From a bacterium (lineage in GTDB: Bacteria; UBP13; UBA5359), in NCBI GenBank assembly GCA_028685295.1, contig JAQUEL010000003.1, positions 11,104-75,103 on the forward strand: DNA of 64,000 nucleotides. Direction: 5' to 3'. Shown piece by piece: positions 51,281 through 61,170 of the stretch. The number at the start of each line of letters is the position of its first letter. Position 1 is the first letter of the stretch. The translations under genes and the position numbers were made by a program. The notes beneath the pieces are model-generated. The model was not told the DNA's origin. It searched no databases and saw only the letters and a list, made by a program, of their open reading frames with translations.

Positions 51281-54062
51281 TCTTTACCACTTCCAAACAT
51301 CTGTTGCAAAGATCGGCATAATGCGCATCCACTCCTACCTCCTGGGAGTATACCCAGCATCTGGCGCATTTCCCTCCCCCGGCTCTTGATACACCTATAT
51401 AAATTCCCGGTCTATCTATACTTTCAAACACATAATCACCCTCTGCCCCTTTCAGGGAGACATGTGAAACAATGAAGTATTCTCGCAATCCCTGACCAAA
51501 AGTATCTAGAAAGGTTATAGTATCATCATCGGCGCCTATACTCACGGCAGCTTCCAGGCTCCGGCCTATCATACCGGCATTCTTGGCATTTTCCAGGGCC
51601 TTGAGAACCTCCTTACGTATAGCCAGGAAACGCTCCCAGCGTTCATTCAGCGGCTCATCTTCATAAGAGCCTGAAGATTGCGGCCACGTCTGCAGTTCCA
51701 CACTCTCCGCACCCGGCACGGCATAGCCCCATATCTCTTCAGCAGTATGCGGCAGCACAGGTGAAAAGAGCAGTGTCAAATTGCGTAAAATAATATCGAG
51801 CACCGTCTGAGCCGAACGTCTGGCAAGAGATTTTGCTGCAGAGGTATATAGCCTGTCCTTAAGAACATCGAGATAGAATGAGCTCATATCCACAGCACAG
51901 AAATTATGTATGGAGTGATAAACGGTATGAAATTCATATTTTTCATAGGCTTCCGTTACTCTTATGCAAAGGCGATTAAGCTTCATAAGCGCCCATCTGT
52001 CTATCTCCTGAAGCTCCTCATAAGGTAAAGCATCCGTTTCCGCGTCAAACCCATTAAGGTTACCAAGCATGAAGCGCGCCGTATTACGTATACGACGGTA
52101 GACTTCCACCACCTGGTTAATCAACTTATCCGATACCCTTATATCACTTCTGAAATCTGTTGAGGCTATCCACAGACGCAATATATCGGCACCATATTTT
52201 TTGATGATCTGCTGTGGCTCTACTACGTTGCCTAGGGATTTGGACATCTTTCGGCCTTCCTCATCCACCAGGAAGCCGTGTGTCAGCACTTGCTTGTAAG
52301 GAGCCTTGCCGGTTGCTCCCACGGAGGTCAGCATGGATGTCTGGAACCATCCCCGGTACTGGTCACTACCTTCCAAATAGAGATCAGCCGGCCAGGCCAA
52401 TTCCGGACGTTTAGCCAGCACCGCTCTGTGGCTGACGCCGGAATCGAACCACACATCCATAATATCGGCTTCCTTGCGAAACTTCGTTCCACCACAATCG
52501 GGACATGAATAGCCGTCAGGCATAATCTCTTCAGCCGTATATTTATACCAGGCATCGGAGCCTTCACGAGCAAAAAGCTCCTGCACAGCATTCAGAAGGC
52601 TCTCTTCTATTATAGCCCGGTTGCAGCGCTCGCAATAGAAAATCGGCAACGGCACGCCCCAGATACGCTGCCTGGATAGGCACCAATCCGGTCTATCCTT
52701 CACCATATTGGCGATACGCTCCATACCCCATTCAGGTATCCAATCCACGTTACGTATCTCACCCAGAACAGCATCTCTATATTCATTCACATTGACAAAC
52801 CACTGCTCTGTAGCCCGAAAAACAACCGGCTTCTTGCAGCGCCAGCAATGAGGATAAGAATGCTTTATATCCTCCCTGGCCATTAGATAGCCTGTTTCGT
52901 CCAAAAGATCCATAACAGCCGTATTGGCGGCATCATAGCGCAAACCGGCAAAATCGCCCGCTTCAGAGGTGAATATGCCGCGATTATCTAATGGGCTGAT
53001 TACGGGAAGATCATACCTGGAGGCTACGGCAAAATCCTCAGGGCCATGCCCGGGTGCAGTATGAACACAGCCGGTGCCCTGCTCCGAGGTAACAAATTCA
53101 GATAAAATTAGAAGGGAATCCCTGTCGAAGAAGGGATGCCTGCATTTCAAGCATTCCAGATCCTTGCCTGATACCCTATCCAGAATAGAGTAATCATCTA
53201 TTCCACATATCGACATAGTCTGTTCCAACAGCTCTGAGGCCACTACATAGGCGCTCTTCCCGGCAACCGCCACTGAGTATTTCATATTTGGATTTACAGC
53301 TACAGCCACATTAGAGATCAGTGTCCAGGGCGTAGTAGTCCAGATAATAAAGTAGGGCTCAAGGGTGCTTTCTTCAGCCAGCCGGGTTGACAAGGCGCTC
53401 CTGTCACCTACGTAAGGGAATTTTACATATATAGAATTAGACGTCTTGTCATGATACTCTATTTCGGCTTCAGCCAAAGCGGTCTCACATGAGGGACACC
53501 AGTATATAGGCCTGAGACCTTTATATATCAGATCCCTGGCTGCCAGTTCCTTAAAGACGGCTATCTGCTCAGCCTCATAAGCGGCATCCATGGTTATATA
53601 GGGATTGTCCCAATCGCCACACACACCAAGGCGCTTGAACTGCTCTCTTTGTTTGTTGATGAATCTGGCGGCAAATTCACGACAGCGCCTACGCCATTCC
53701 AAAGGCTCTATTTCATGACGATGCACACCAAGACTTTTAATGACCTGATGCTCGGTAGGCAATCCGTGCGTATCCCAACCAGGCACATATGGAGCATCAT
53801 AACCAGCCATTGTTTTCTGCCTGATAATGAAATCCTTGAGGACCTTATTCAAAGCATGCCCAAGATGAATATCTCCATTTGCGTAAGGCGGTCCATCATG
53901 CAGAATAAACTTCGGTTTGCCTTTATTACGCTTGAGCAACGTACCGTATATATCATTTTCCAGCCAATGACGCTGTAATTCCTGTTCTCTTTGCGGCAGA
54001 TTAGCCTTCATCGGCAACTCTGTCTTTGGTAAATTGATTGTTTTTCCGTAATCGTTACTCAC
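51273..54062 (-). CDS. ileS: Isoleucine--tRNA ligase
   Basis: 929 aa. HIGH (PYANGDIHLGHAL), KMSKS, and a C-terminal zinc-finger CxxC pair. Confidence 0.95.
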   Translation of the reverse strand: MSNDYGKTINLPKTELPMKANLPQREQELQRHWLENDIYGTLLKRNKGKPKFILHDGPPYANGDIHLGHALNKVLKDFIIRQKTMAGYDAPYVPGWDTHGLPTEHQVIKSLGVHRHEIEPLEWRRRCREFAARFINKQREQFKRLGVCGDWDNPYITMDAAYEAEQIAVFKELAARDLIYKGLRPIYWCPSCETALAEAEIEYHDKTSNSIYVKFPYVGDRSALSTRLAEESTLEPYFIIWTTTPWTLISNVAVAVNPNMKYSVAVAGKSAYVVASELLEQTMSICGIDDYSILDRVSGKDLECLKCRHPFFDRDSLLILSEFVTSEQGTGCVHTAPGHGPEDFAVASRYDLPVISPLDNRGIFTSEAGDFAGLRYDAANTAVMDLLDETGYLMAREDIKHSYPHCWRCKKPVVFRATEQWFVNVNEYRDAVLGEIRNVDWIPEWGMERIANMVKDRPDWCLSRQRIWGVPLPIFYCERCNRAIIEESLLNAVQELFAREGSDAWYKYTAEEIMPDGYSCPDCGGTKFRKEADIMDVWFDSGVSHRAVLAKRPELAWPADLYLEGSDQYRGWFQTSMLTSVGATGKAPYKQVLTHGFLVDEEGRKMSKSLGNVVEPQQIIKKYGADILRLWIASTDFRSDIRVSDKLINQVVEVYRRIRNTARFMLGNLNGFDAETDALPYEELQEIDRWALMKLNRLCIRVTEAYEKYEFHTVYHSIHNFCAVDMSSFYLDVLKDRLYTSAAKSLARRSAQTVLDIILRNLTLLFSPVLPHTAEEIWGYAVPGAESVELQTWPQSSGSYEDEPLNERWERFLAIRKEVLKALENAKNAGMIGRSLEAAVSIGADDDTITFLDTFGQGLREYFIVSHVSLKGAEGDYVFESIDRPGIYIGVSRAGGGKCARCWVYSQEVGVDAHYADLCNRCLEVVKNV

Positions 54063-54916
54063 CGCTGCTTCTCCTCATATGCCCTTATCATGCCGTCCAG
54101 AGTATCTCTGAAGCTGCCGATTTTATTCAGCCCCAAGTTCTCCAGCGTCAAATTATTCAATGCAGAATTGGCCGGTCTTCTAGCCGGCCGGTTAAGATCC
54201 GTTGTGGAAATCGGTCGCAATTTTATATCTGATCCGGCTGTAGATAATATCGCTCCGGCAAAATCATACCAACTGCAAACCTCTCCACCAGTAACATGTA
54301 ATATTCCATTATGCGGCAATGTCAGCAATTCCGTCAACTTGACAGCCAGATTCCGTGTAAAAGTAGGTGCGCCGCGTTGATCGTTAACAACATTCAGACA
54401 GCCGATACCGGTTTTGGCCTTGTCAAGAATGGCATAAACAAAATTCCGACCGTTATACCCATAAAGCCAGGAGGTTCTGACTATTTTGTATTTCGCCCCG
54501 CTTCCGGCCACCATCGCCTCAGCTGCAGCTTTGCTGGAGCCATAGACGTTGATAGGGCAAACCCTGTCGTATTCCGTATAAGGCTCTGCCTTTGCTCCGT
54601 CAAAAACATAATCCGTGCTTACAGCCGTTATAGATGCACCTATCTTACAACAGGCCGTCGCTACATTCCAACTGCCGACGGCATTGATCAGATGAGCCTG
54701 CTCCGGTTGTGCTTCACAGGCATCCACATCGGTCATAGCCGCACAGTGAATCAGAGCATCGGGGTTATACTTCAGCAGCCATGACTCCGTTGCCCTGTAA
54801 GACGTTATATCGAAATCATCTATGTCCGCCCCTATACATACATGCCCGGCGGCGGCCAGTGCCTGCATGACATCCGTTCCCAGCATACCGGCCGCACCTG
54901 TAACGGCAACCCGCAT
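54059..54916 (-). CDS. rfbD: dTDP-4-dehydrorhamnose reductase
   Basis: MRVAVTGAAGMLG Rossmann fold; RmlD family. Start at the ATG preceded by GGAGG. Its stop overlaps the ileS start by 4 nt. Confidence 0.8.
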   Translation of the reverse strand: MRVAVTGAAGMLGTDVMQALAAAGHVCIGADIDDFDITSYRATESWLLKYNPDALIHCAAMTDVDACEAQPEQAHLINAVGSWNVATACCKIGASITAVSTDYVFDGAKAEPYTEYDRVCPINVYGSSKAAAEAMVAGSGAKYKIVRTSWLYGYNGRNFVYAILDKAKTGIGCLNVVNDQRGAPTFTRNLAVKLTELLTLPHNGILHVTGGEVCSWYDFAGAILSTAGSDIKLRPISTTDLNRPARRPANSALNNLTLENLGLNKIGSFRDTLDGMIRAYEEKQR

Positions 54917-55055
54917 CGCGCCGCCTCCATACAATTATAATACCCCTTTATCAGGGGCATCAGTCTGAAAATCATTATAAATATAGCACAAGGGGTATGG
55001 AGCGTCAATTTAAAGACAGCCACAAATAGAGAGAACGCAAGTATGAAAATTCGGT

Positions 55056-55352
55056 CTAAGAGAGTAAACGCTGCAACAACCCTGTTCGGTCAAGGCCTAT
55101 TACCGCCAGTCTCTTGTAACGGGAGTGTTCACCGGATAGAATCTCCAGGGAACTCCTGGAAATACCGAGTTTTTTACTAAGTATCCTTATCAGGCGTTCA
55201 TTAGCCTGTCCCTCCAGGGGAGGGGCGGTAGTCCGTATTTCCAATCTTCCGTCTCTGACACCCTCTACGGCATCTTTTGATGCCCTAGGGCGTATCTTGA
55301 CTTCAAATATCAATCTGCCATCCTTCTCATCGATTATCAAGACATCACTCAT
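55056..55352 (-). CDS. DUF167 (YggU-family) protein
   Basis: 98 aa. KIRPRASKDAVEG...LEIRTTAPPLEGQANERL. Confidence 0.75.
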   Translation of the reverse strand: MSDVLIIDEKDGRLIFEVKIRPRASKDAVEGVRDGRLEIRTTAPPLEGQANERLIRILSKKLGISRSSLEILSGEHSRYKRLAVIGLDRTGLLQRLLS

Positions 55353-55361
55353 TGCATCAAC

Positions 55362-55763
55362 TTATTCAAGCATCTTGATATGCGTTTCCAATAATGTCCT
55401 AAATTCTATTTTGAAATGTTCCTTTCTGGCTTCCAATTCGCTGAGTTCATTAATCATTCGTTCTTTTTCCAGTTGCGCCTCACGCCTGGTAAGCTCAGCT
55501 TCACGCTGTGCATCCTCCCTGATATCTTCAGATGCCTTCTGAGCGCTTATCATAGCCGAGTGCATAGTCTCTTCCATTTCTTCGTATCGCTGGACCTTTT
55601 TCTGCCAAGCCCCCAGTTCCTCTTTCAATCTGGCATTTTCATTGATAACCTTCTCATAATCATCTCCTACTTTGGCCAGGAACTCTTCAACTTCGCCGGG
55701 ATCATATCCCCTTAACCGGTGTGAAAAATCATGATGAACAATATCTATAGGTAACAAACGCAA
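55362..55763 (-). CDS. divIVA: DivIVA-domain cell-division protein
   Basis: LPIDIVHHDFSHRLRGYDPGEVEEFLAKV plus a coiled coil. Probable TTG start with SD GGGGGA; the ORF track adds 12 codons. Confidence 0.8.
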   Translation of the reverse strand: MRLLPIDIVHHDFSHRLRGYDPGEVEEFLAKVGDDYEKVINENARLKEELGAWQKKVQRYEEMEETMHSAMISAQKASEDIREDAQREAELTRREAQLEKERMINELSELEARKEHFKIEFRTLLETHIKMLE

Positions 55764-55877
55764 GATTATCCCCCTTTTCGGATGCTGAATGCGAAACAAC
55801 CCGCACGCCTAATTTTTGTATAACGTATCTCAAGCCCTAAATAATCTGTTCCAATCCCACTTCCAACTTGGCATATC

Positions 55878-56702
55878 TTACTTCTCAAGCTCAGCAGATC
55901 TTTCCGCTGCTGCTGCCACGGCGCTGTATATAGCTGCTCTGAACCCCTCTTTCTCCAGTTTCTCTATGGCAGCGATAGTCGTGCCGCCGGGCGACGTGAC
56001 CATATCTCTCAGTGTTGCAGGATGAAGACCGCTCTTTGAGACCATATCGGCCGAACCGCTTACCGTTGCCAGCGTCAACCGTCGCGCCAGATCCCTGGAC
56101 AACCCCTCCCTAACGCCTGCATCGATTAAAGCCTCAATAAAGGTATAGACATACGCCGGCCCGCTACCACTAAGGCCTGTAACGGCATCCATACAGCTCT
56201 CTCCAACGCTGACAACATCACCTACAGCCTTCAATAGCCTTTCAGCCAAATCAATCTTCGCCAAGGATACTTCCGGCAAGGGGGCAATAGCTGTTATACC
56301 TTTGCCGATCAGCGCCGGAGTGTTGGGCATGCACCGGATTATACACCGATGCCCCGCAAGACCGCTGGAAAGCTTGCTCAGCGAAAGTCCGGCAATAATT
56401 GATAAAATCAGTTGCGTCTTGCTTATAGACGCAGAGACAACCTCCAAAACAGTATTCGCTATCTGGGGCTTGACGGCCAGGAGAATAATGCTCCTGCCGG
56501 CTATACCACCTGTTATATCACCGGTCGTATTGATGCCGGTCTCCCCGGCCAGCGTTTCCAGCTTGATCGAATCGATATCAATAGCCGTCAGGTCCTGCGG
56601 CAATATTATACCGCTGCCGACCAGGCGCCTGATTATGGCCGATCCCATGGCGCCAGCGCCGATGACAGCGACCTGCCTGTCAATACTCCTATTCCCTTCC
56701 AA
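55878..56702 (-). CDS. proC: Pyrroline-5-carboxylate reductase
   Basis: 274 aa. VAVIGAGAMGSAI plus the P5CR dimerisation domain. Confidence 0.85.
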   Translation of the reverse strand: MEGNRSIDRQVAVIGAGAMGSAIIRRLVGSGIILPQDLTAIDIDSIKLETLAGETGINTTGDITGGIAGRSIILLAVKPQIANTVLEVVSASISKTQLILSIIAGLSLSKLSSGLAGHRCIIRCMPNTPALIGKGITAIAPLPEVSLAKIDLAERLLKAVGDVVSVGESCMDAVTGLSGSGPAYVYTFIEALIDAGVREGLSRDLARRLTLATVSGSADMVSKSGLHPATLRDMVTSPGGTTIAAIEKLEKEGFRAAIYSAVAAAAERSAELEK

Positions 56703-56706
56703 CAGC

Positions 56707-57129
56707 CTACTCCTCTATCCTGACCTCAGCCGTATCCTGGCATTTGGCCGTGCTAATGCTGATATTGTTAGGCGTAAAGAGGATGATATTATCGCCCAAT
56801 CTCTGATAATGACCGTCAAGAGCGTAGGTTATGCCGCTAATGAAATCAACAATGCGTCTGGCCATCACTTCATCGGCTCCTCCCAGATTTACCACCACAG
56901 GGCACCTGGCTTTCAGATTATCCGCCACCATTTTAGCTTCATCAATTGACGAAGGATCAAAGACCACTATTTCATCCTGCCGGGACGCATTGCACACAGA
57001 AAAAATCCCTCTTCTGCCACGTCCGGCTCTCTCCTGCTCTTCATGAGCATCCTCTACATATTCATAATCGTCTTCATCGCCATCAAGGTTTAAAAAACCA
57101 AGTATTCTAGATATAATTCCGCCAGCCAT
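56707..57129 (-). CDS. sepF: Cell division protein SepF
   Basis: 140 aa. SepF core VVVNL...ARRIVDFISGITYALDG. Confidence 0.85.
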   Translation of the reverse strand: MAGGIISRILGFLNLDGDEDDYEYVEDAHEEQERAGRGRRGIFSVCNASRQDEIVVFDPSSIDEAKMVADNLKARCPVVVNLGGADEVMARRIVDFISGITYALDGHYQRLGDNIILFTPNNISISTAKCQDTAEVRIEE

Positions 57130-57131
57130 AT

Positions 57132-57818
57132 CTACCTCCGGTCTCCAAAAATTGCTCTACCGATACGAACAATAGTAGCTCCTTCCTTCACAGCCGAAGC
57201 ATAATCATGCGACATTCCCATCGATAGCTCCGGCAAGTTAAGCCCTGTCTGTCTGCTCAAACTGTCTCTGATATGCCTCAGTTCGGCGAAATAACGCCTC
57301 GACGATAACTCATCCCCAACAGGCGGTATGGCCATCAGGCCTACAACCTCAACTCCTTCGGCACCGGCAATGTTCTCCAAATTGCTGCTGACTTTCTCCG
57401 GACTCATTCCCGCCTTGGAAGACTCACCGCCAATATTTACCTCTATCAGTACCCTTACCTTCTTACCGGCAGCCAATGACGCCTGGGAGAGGCGATTAGC
57501 CAGCTTAACGCTGTCTACCGTCTGTATCCAGTCAAAAAGACCGACGGCACGTCCGGCCTTATTGCTTTGCAAGCTACCGATCATATGCCGAGTAAATTCA
57601 TAGCCCTTTAGAGCTTCGAATTTTGCCTCTGCCTCCTGAACGTAGTTCTCACCGATGTCTGTTATGCCGGCCTCGAGTGCCTCTATAATACGTTCAGGCT
57701 CTACCGTCTTGGTAACGGCAACCAGCCGCACAGCATCAACGCTTCGTCCGCTGGTAGATGCAGCAATTGCTATATTCTCATGAATATATGCTATGTTATC
57801 GGCTATTGATCTTTTCAT
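57132..57818 (-). CDS. yggS: YggS-family pyridoxal-phosphate homeostasis protein (PLPHP)
   Basis: 228 aa. LVAVTKT (PLP Lys), alanine-racemase-like barrel. Confidence 0.85.
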   Translation of the reverse strand: MKRSIADNIAYIHENIAIAASTSGRSVDAVRLVAVTKTVEPERIIEALEAGITDIGENYVQEAEAKFEALKGYEFTRHMIGSLQSNKAGRAVGLFDWIQTVDSVKLANRLSQASLAAGKKVRVLIEVNIGGESSKAGMSPEKVSSNLENIAGAEGVEVVGLMAIPPVGDELSSRRYFAELRHIRDSLSRQTGLNLPELSMGMSHDYASAVKEGATIVRIGRAIFGDRR

Positions 57819-57881
57819 TACGCAAGCAATCTCCTGTAATATTCTATTCTACAGGAGAGTCTCATTTCCTTCATTCATTTA

Positions 57882-57911
57882 AAAGGCCGGTTGCGTGCAA
57901 CCGGCCTTTGT
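57882..57911 (-). terminator. Intrinsic terminator after pdxS
   Basis: GGCCGGUUGC-GUG-GCAACCGGCC, a 10-bp stem flanked by A and U runs. Could be bidirectional. Confidence 0.7.
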
Positions 57912-57951
57912 TACCCTGCTATCCTGCCGGGCCAGCCTTTGAGCGGTTTCT

Positions 57952-58836
57952 CTACCAGCCTCGCTTAGCCAGCAGCTCCTCCTCAGGTATTTTACAGATG
58001 TCCAGCCCGGCCATGGCCTCACCGATACCTTCTGAGACCCTGGCAATAAGATCAGGATCTTCATAATGAGCAGCGGCTTCCACAATAGCTTTAGCCCGAA
58101 GCGGAGGATTATCAGATTTAAATATGCCTGACCCGACAAAAATCGCCTCGGCCCCAAGTTGCAACATCAGAGCGGCATCGGCCGGAGTGGCTATACCGCC
58201 GGCGGCAAAATTAGGAACGGGCAGCTTGCCCAGCTTCTTTACCTCCAGCACCAGATCATGGGGCGCTCCCATGTTCTTAGCCTCCGTCATCAACTCTTCC
58301 ATAGGCATATTTTGAACACGCCTGATATCGGCCATCACCGATCTCATGTGACGTACAGCTTCCACAATATTTCCGGTACCCGGCTCACCCTTGGTACGAA
58401 TCATAGCCGCACCCTCGCCAATACGGCGCAAGGCTTCACCCAGATCACGACAACCGCAGACGAAAGGCACTTTGAAGCTCAGCTTATCGATATGAAAGGC
58501 ATCATCAGCTGGTGTAAGCACTTCGCTCTCATCGATAAAATCGACGCCCATAGCCTCGAGCAATTGGGCCTCAACAAAGTGGCCGATACGCGCCTTGGCC
58601 ATAACCGGTATGGTTACTGCACCCATGATTTCCTTGATTTTCAGCGGATCTGCCATTCTGGCGATTCCGCCCTGGGCACGAATATCAGCCGGCACTCTCT
58701 CTAATGCCATAACCGCTACCGCACCGGCATCCTCAGCAATCTTGGCCTGTTCAGCAGTTGTAACATCCATAATGACGCCACCCTTAAGCTTCTCCGACAG
58801 GCCTGTTTTTACTCTCCAGGTAGATCTTTCCTCCAT
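57952..58836 (-). CDS. pdxS: Pyridoxal 5'-phosphate synthase lyase subunit
   Basis: 294 aa. [35 protein letters not shown]. No pdxT adjacent. Confidence 0.95.
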   Translation of the reverse strand: MEERSTWRVKTGLSEKLKGGVIMDVTTAEQAKIAEDAGAVAVMALERVPADIRAQGGIARMADPLKIKEIMGAVTIPVMAKARIGHFVEAQLLEAMGVDFIDESEVLTPADDAFHIDKLSFKVPFVCGCRDLGEALRRIGEGAAMIRTKGEPGTGNIVEAVRHMRSVMADIRRVQNMPMEELMTEAKNMGAPHDLVLEVKKLGKLPVPNFAAGGIATPADAALMLQLGAEAIFVGSGIFKSDNPPLRAKAIVEAAAHYEDPDLIARVSEGIGEAMAGLDICKIPEEELLAKRGW

Positions 58837-58849
58837 TGCTATCCCCCCG

Positions 58850-58995
58850 TTTCGAATGTGGAATGCAGATTTTGGAATACGAAATAGTTCAAGCTTACAG
58901 TTCCGTTTTCAGGAATTAATCTTCTATCCCTAATCCATTCTGCATTCTATCGCTTACATAATTATTCAGCAATCTGCATTCACCATTCTGCACCT
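58850..58995. repeat. Array of 7-nt-periodic TGCAGAA/GAATGCAGAATGG motifs (4 copies: 3 direct, 1 inverted) in the pdxS 5' region
   Basis: Minus strand GGTGCAGAATGGTGAATGCAGATTGCTGAAT (heptamers TGCAGAA/TGGTGAA/TGCAGAT/TGCTGAA), TAGAATGCAGAATGGATTAG, and plus-strand GAATGTGGAATGCAGATTTTGG. Same family as 11581-11705. Confidence 0.5.
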
Positions 58996-58998
58996 TGT

Positions 58999-59922
58999 TT
59001 AAAGCGTGCAGAGCTTCTGCAAGCGCTCCCATTTTCTATCTACTTCCTGCTGTATCTCAGCGATAACATGCTCATTCTCCGGCCTGAAAAGATGACGAAA
59101 ACGCGTTTGGAGCTTGAGGAAATCCTCTATCGGTTTCTTTTCCCTGGGCGTATAAGTCAGCTTGTATTGACCATCGACAACTTCATATAACGGCCAGAAG
59201 CAAGTATCTGCCGCCAGACGACACATCTCCATGGTCAATTCCATGGGGAAACCCCATCCAAGACGACATGGAGCCAGAACATTCATGAACTTAGGACCAT
59301 CGATACTAAAGGCATATTCTGCCTTGGCATTGAGATCACGCCAGTGTGCCGGGGTAGTCTGCGCCACATAGGGTATCTCATGTGCAACCATGCAGGCCGT
59401 TAAATCTTTCCTCTGCTGCTGCTTGCCCTGAACCACCTTGCCTACCGGGCTGGTGGTGGTCATGGCTCCCCTGGGAGTGGCACTGGACCTTTGAATACCG
59501 GTGTTCATATATGCGCCATTGTCATAACACACATAAAGCAGGTTATGACCGCGTTCCATGGCTCCGGATAGAGACTGGAAGCCTATATCGTATGTGCCTC
59601 CATCGCCACCGAAGGCTACGAAGTTTATCTTTTCATCAGCTATCTTGCCCTGCTTTTTCAGAGACTTGTAGGCGGCTTCAATACCGCTTACGCTGGCCCC
59701 TGCATTTTCAAAGGCGCTGTGAACGAAAGGCACGTTCCAGGCGCTGTATGGAAATATAGTAGTGGTAACCTCAAGACAACCAGTGGCCGACCCCACTACA
59801 ACCGGATCTGCGGAGGCCATAAGAACCTGTCTGACTACGTTTGGTGCGCTACATCCGGCACAGGCCCTGTGGCCGCCGCACAACGGCGCCCGTCTGGTTG
59901 CCAATTGTTTCAGATTGGACAT
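58999..59922 (-). CDS. porB: 2-oxoacid:ferredoxin oxidoreductase beta subunit (TPP-binding)
   Basis: 307 aa. CxGCx Cys cluster at the N-terminus; GGDGGTYDIG TPP motif. Confidence 0.85.
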   Translation of the reverse strand: MSNLKQLATRRAPLCGGHRACAGCSAPNVVRQVLMASADPVVVGSATGCLEVTTTIFPYSAWNVPFVHSAFENAGASVSGIEAAYKSLKKQGKIADEKINFVAFGGDGGTYDIGFQSLSGAMERGHNLLYVCYDNGAYMNTGIQRSSATPRGAMTTTSPVGKVVQGKQQQRKDLTACMVAHEIPYVAQTTPAHWRDLNAKAEYAFSIDGPKFMNVLAPCRLGWGFPMELTMEMCRLAADTCFWPLYEVVDGQYKLTYTPREKKPIEDFLKLQTRFRHLFRPENEHVIAEIQQEVDRKWERLQKLCTL

Positions 59923-59934
59923 TTGCTCTCCTCC

Positions 59935-61119
59935 TTATTCTCTCACACCATGATAGGCTATCCTATCGATACTTTTGCCGCCGGCGGCAGCCGACACCTG
60001 AGCAGACAGAAGTTCTTCTATCTCTTCGACCTTTATATCTCTTCCGCCAAGGCCGTAAATACGATTGATGATCTTATGTTCGGATCTATCTTCATACATG
60101 GCCGCCAGCAGTTCGGTAAACAACGGACCACCGGTAGCAGCCAGTGCATCAGAACGATCCAGCACACATATCTGCGAAACACCGCTCAACCGTGCCGCCA
60201 GCTCTTCAGCCGGGAAGGGACGGAAAACGCGAAGCTTTAACAAACCGGCCTTAATGCCACGCTTACGCAGATTATCGATGGCATCTTTACCTGTTCCTGC
60301 TGTGGAACCCAGACAGACCATGGCCACTTCAGCATCATCAAGCTTGTAAGCTTCATAGAAACCGTATTCCTGACCAAACTTGCGTCCGAACTCACGACCC
60401 ACTTCAAGAATAACATCCTTGGCATTAGTCATAGCCTGGGCCACTGCCCGGCGATGCTCAAAGTAATAATCTACAAAGTCGATGGCACCCACGGTTATGG
60501 GCTTTCTGTAATCCAGCGCCGGCTGCAACGGCTTGTAAGTGCCGATAAAATCGCGTACATCCTTATCATTATATATCTCCATGGCTTCCATGGCATGGCT
60601 GATAATAAAGCCATCCGTGGTAACCATGATCGGCAAGAGGACATCTCTGTGCTCAGCAATGCGCACTGCCTGGATAAGGTTATCATAAGCCTCCTGTGAG
60701 TTCTCTGAGAATATCTGTATCCATCCGGCGTCACGGCCACCCATGGTATCGCTGTGATCGCAATGGATATTGATAGGCGCGCTGAGCGCCCTGTTGACCT
60801 CGGCCATTATCAGTGGCAATCTAAGGCCTGCAGCTATATATAGCATCTCGTACATAAGCGCCAATCCCTGAGAGGATGTGGCGGTCATAGTTCTGGCACC
60901 GGCAATCTGTGAACCGATAGCGGCACTCATGGCAGAGTGCTCACTCTCAGTAGGCACAAGCTCTGTATCGACCAATCCATCAGCCACATACGTGGCGAAT
61001 ATCTGCATTACCTCCGTTGCCGGGGTAATGGGATAGGCGGCTACTACATCAGGATTTATCTGGCGAATGGCCTCAGCCATCGCCTCATTACCCGTTTTGG
61101 CCATTCGGGTTTTTCCCAT
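59935..61119 (-). CDS. porA: 2-oxoacid:ferredoxin oxidoreductase alpha subunit
   Basis: 394 aa. AAYPITPATEVMQ...; POR family. Confidence 0.85.
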   Translation of the reverse strand: MGKTRMAKTGNEAMAEAIRQINPDVVAAYPITPATEVMQIFATYVADGLVDTELVPTESEHSAMSAAIGSQIAGARTMTATSSQGLALMYEMLYIAAGLRLPLIMAEVNRALSAPINIHCDHSDTMGGRDAGWIQIFSENSQEAYDNLIQAVRIAEHRDVLLPIMVTTDGFIISHAMEAMEIYNDKDVRDFIGTYKPLQPALDYRKPITVGAIDFVDYYFEHRRAVAQAMTNAKDVILEVGREFGRKFGQEYGFYEAYKLDDAEVAMVCLGSTAGTGKDAIDNLRKRGIKAGLLKLRVFRPFPAEELAARLSGVSQICVLDRSDALAATGGPLFTELLAAMYEDRSEHKIINRIYGLGGRDIKVEEIEELLSAQVSAAAGGKSIDRIAYHGVRE

Positions 61120-61170
61120 TTCTTTCTTACCTCCAATTTCCTGCTTGCAATTATGACGTCAATGGTATCG

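Noticed and set aside
54941-54958. Hairpin CCCCU-UUAUC-AGGGG upstream of rmlD, considered as a terminator for the DUF167 gene
   Set aside because: The stem is short (5 bp) with a weak U-tract. It lies just before the rmlD SD, so read-through is likely. It was kept out of the feature list.
57879-58157. 92-aa minus-strand ORF overlapping the pdxS 3' end and its terminator
   Set aside because: It overlaps a highly conserved gene in another frame and runs through a strong terminator. It is an artefact.
58850-58995. Heptamer repeats considered as a CRISPR or tandem-repeat array, or as TRAP-like (G/U)AG triplet sites
   Set aside because: The units are 7 nt and degenerate, with no spacer/repeat architecture, so this is not CRISPR. 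GAG/UAG triplets are not spaced at the regular 2-3 nt intervals required for TRAP.
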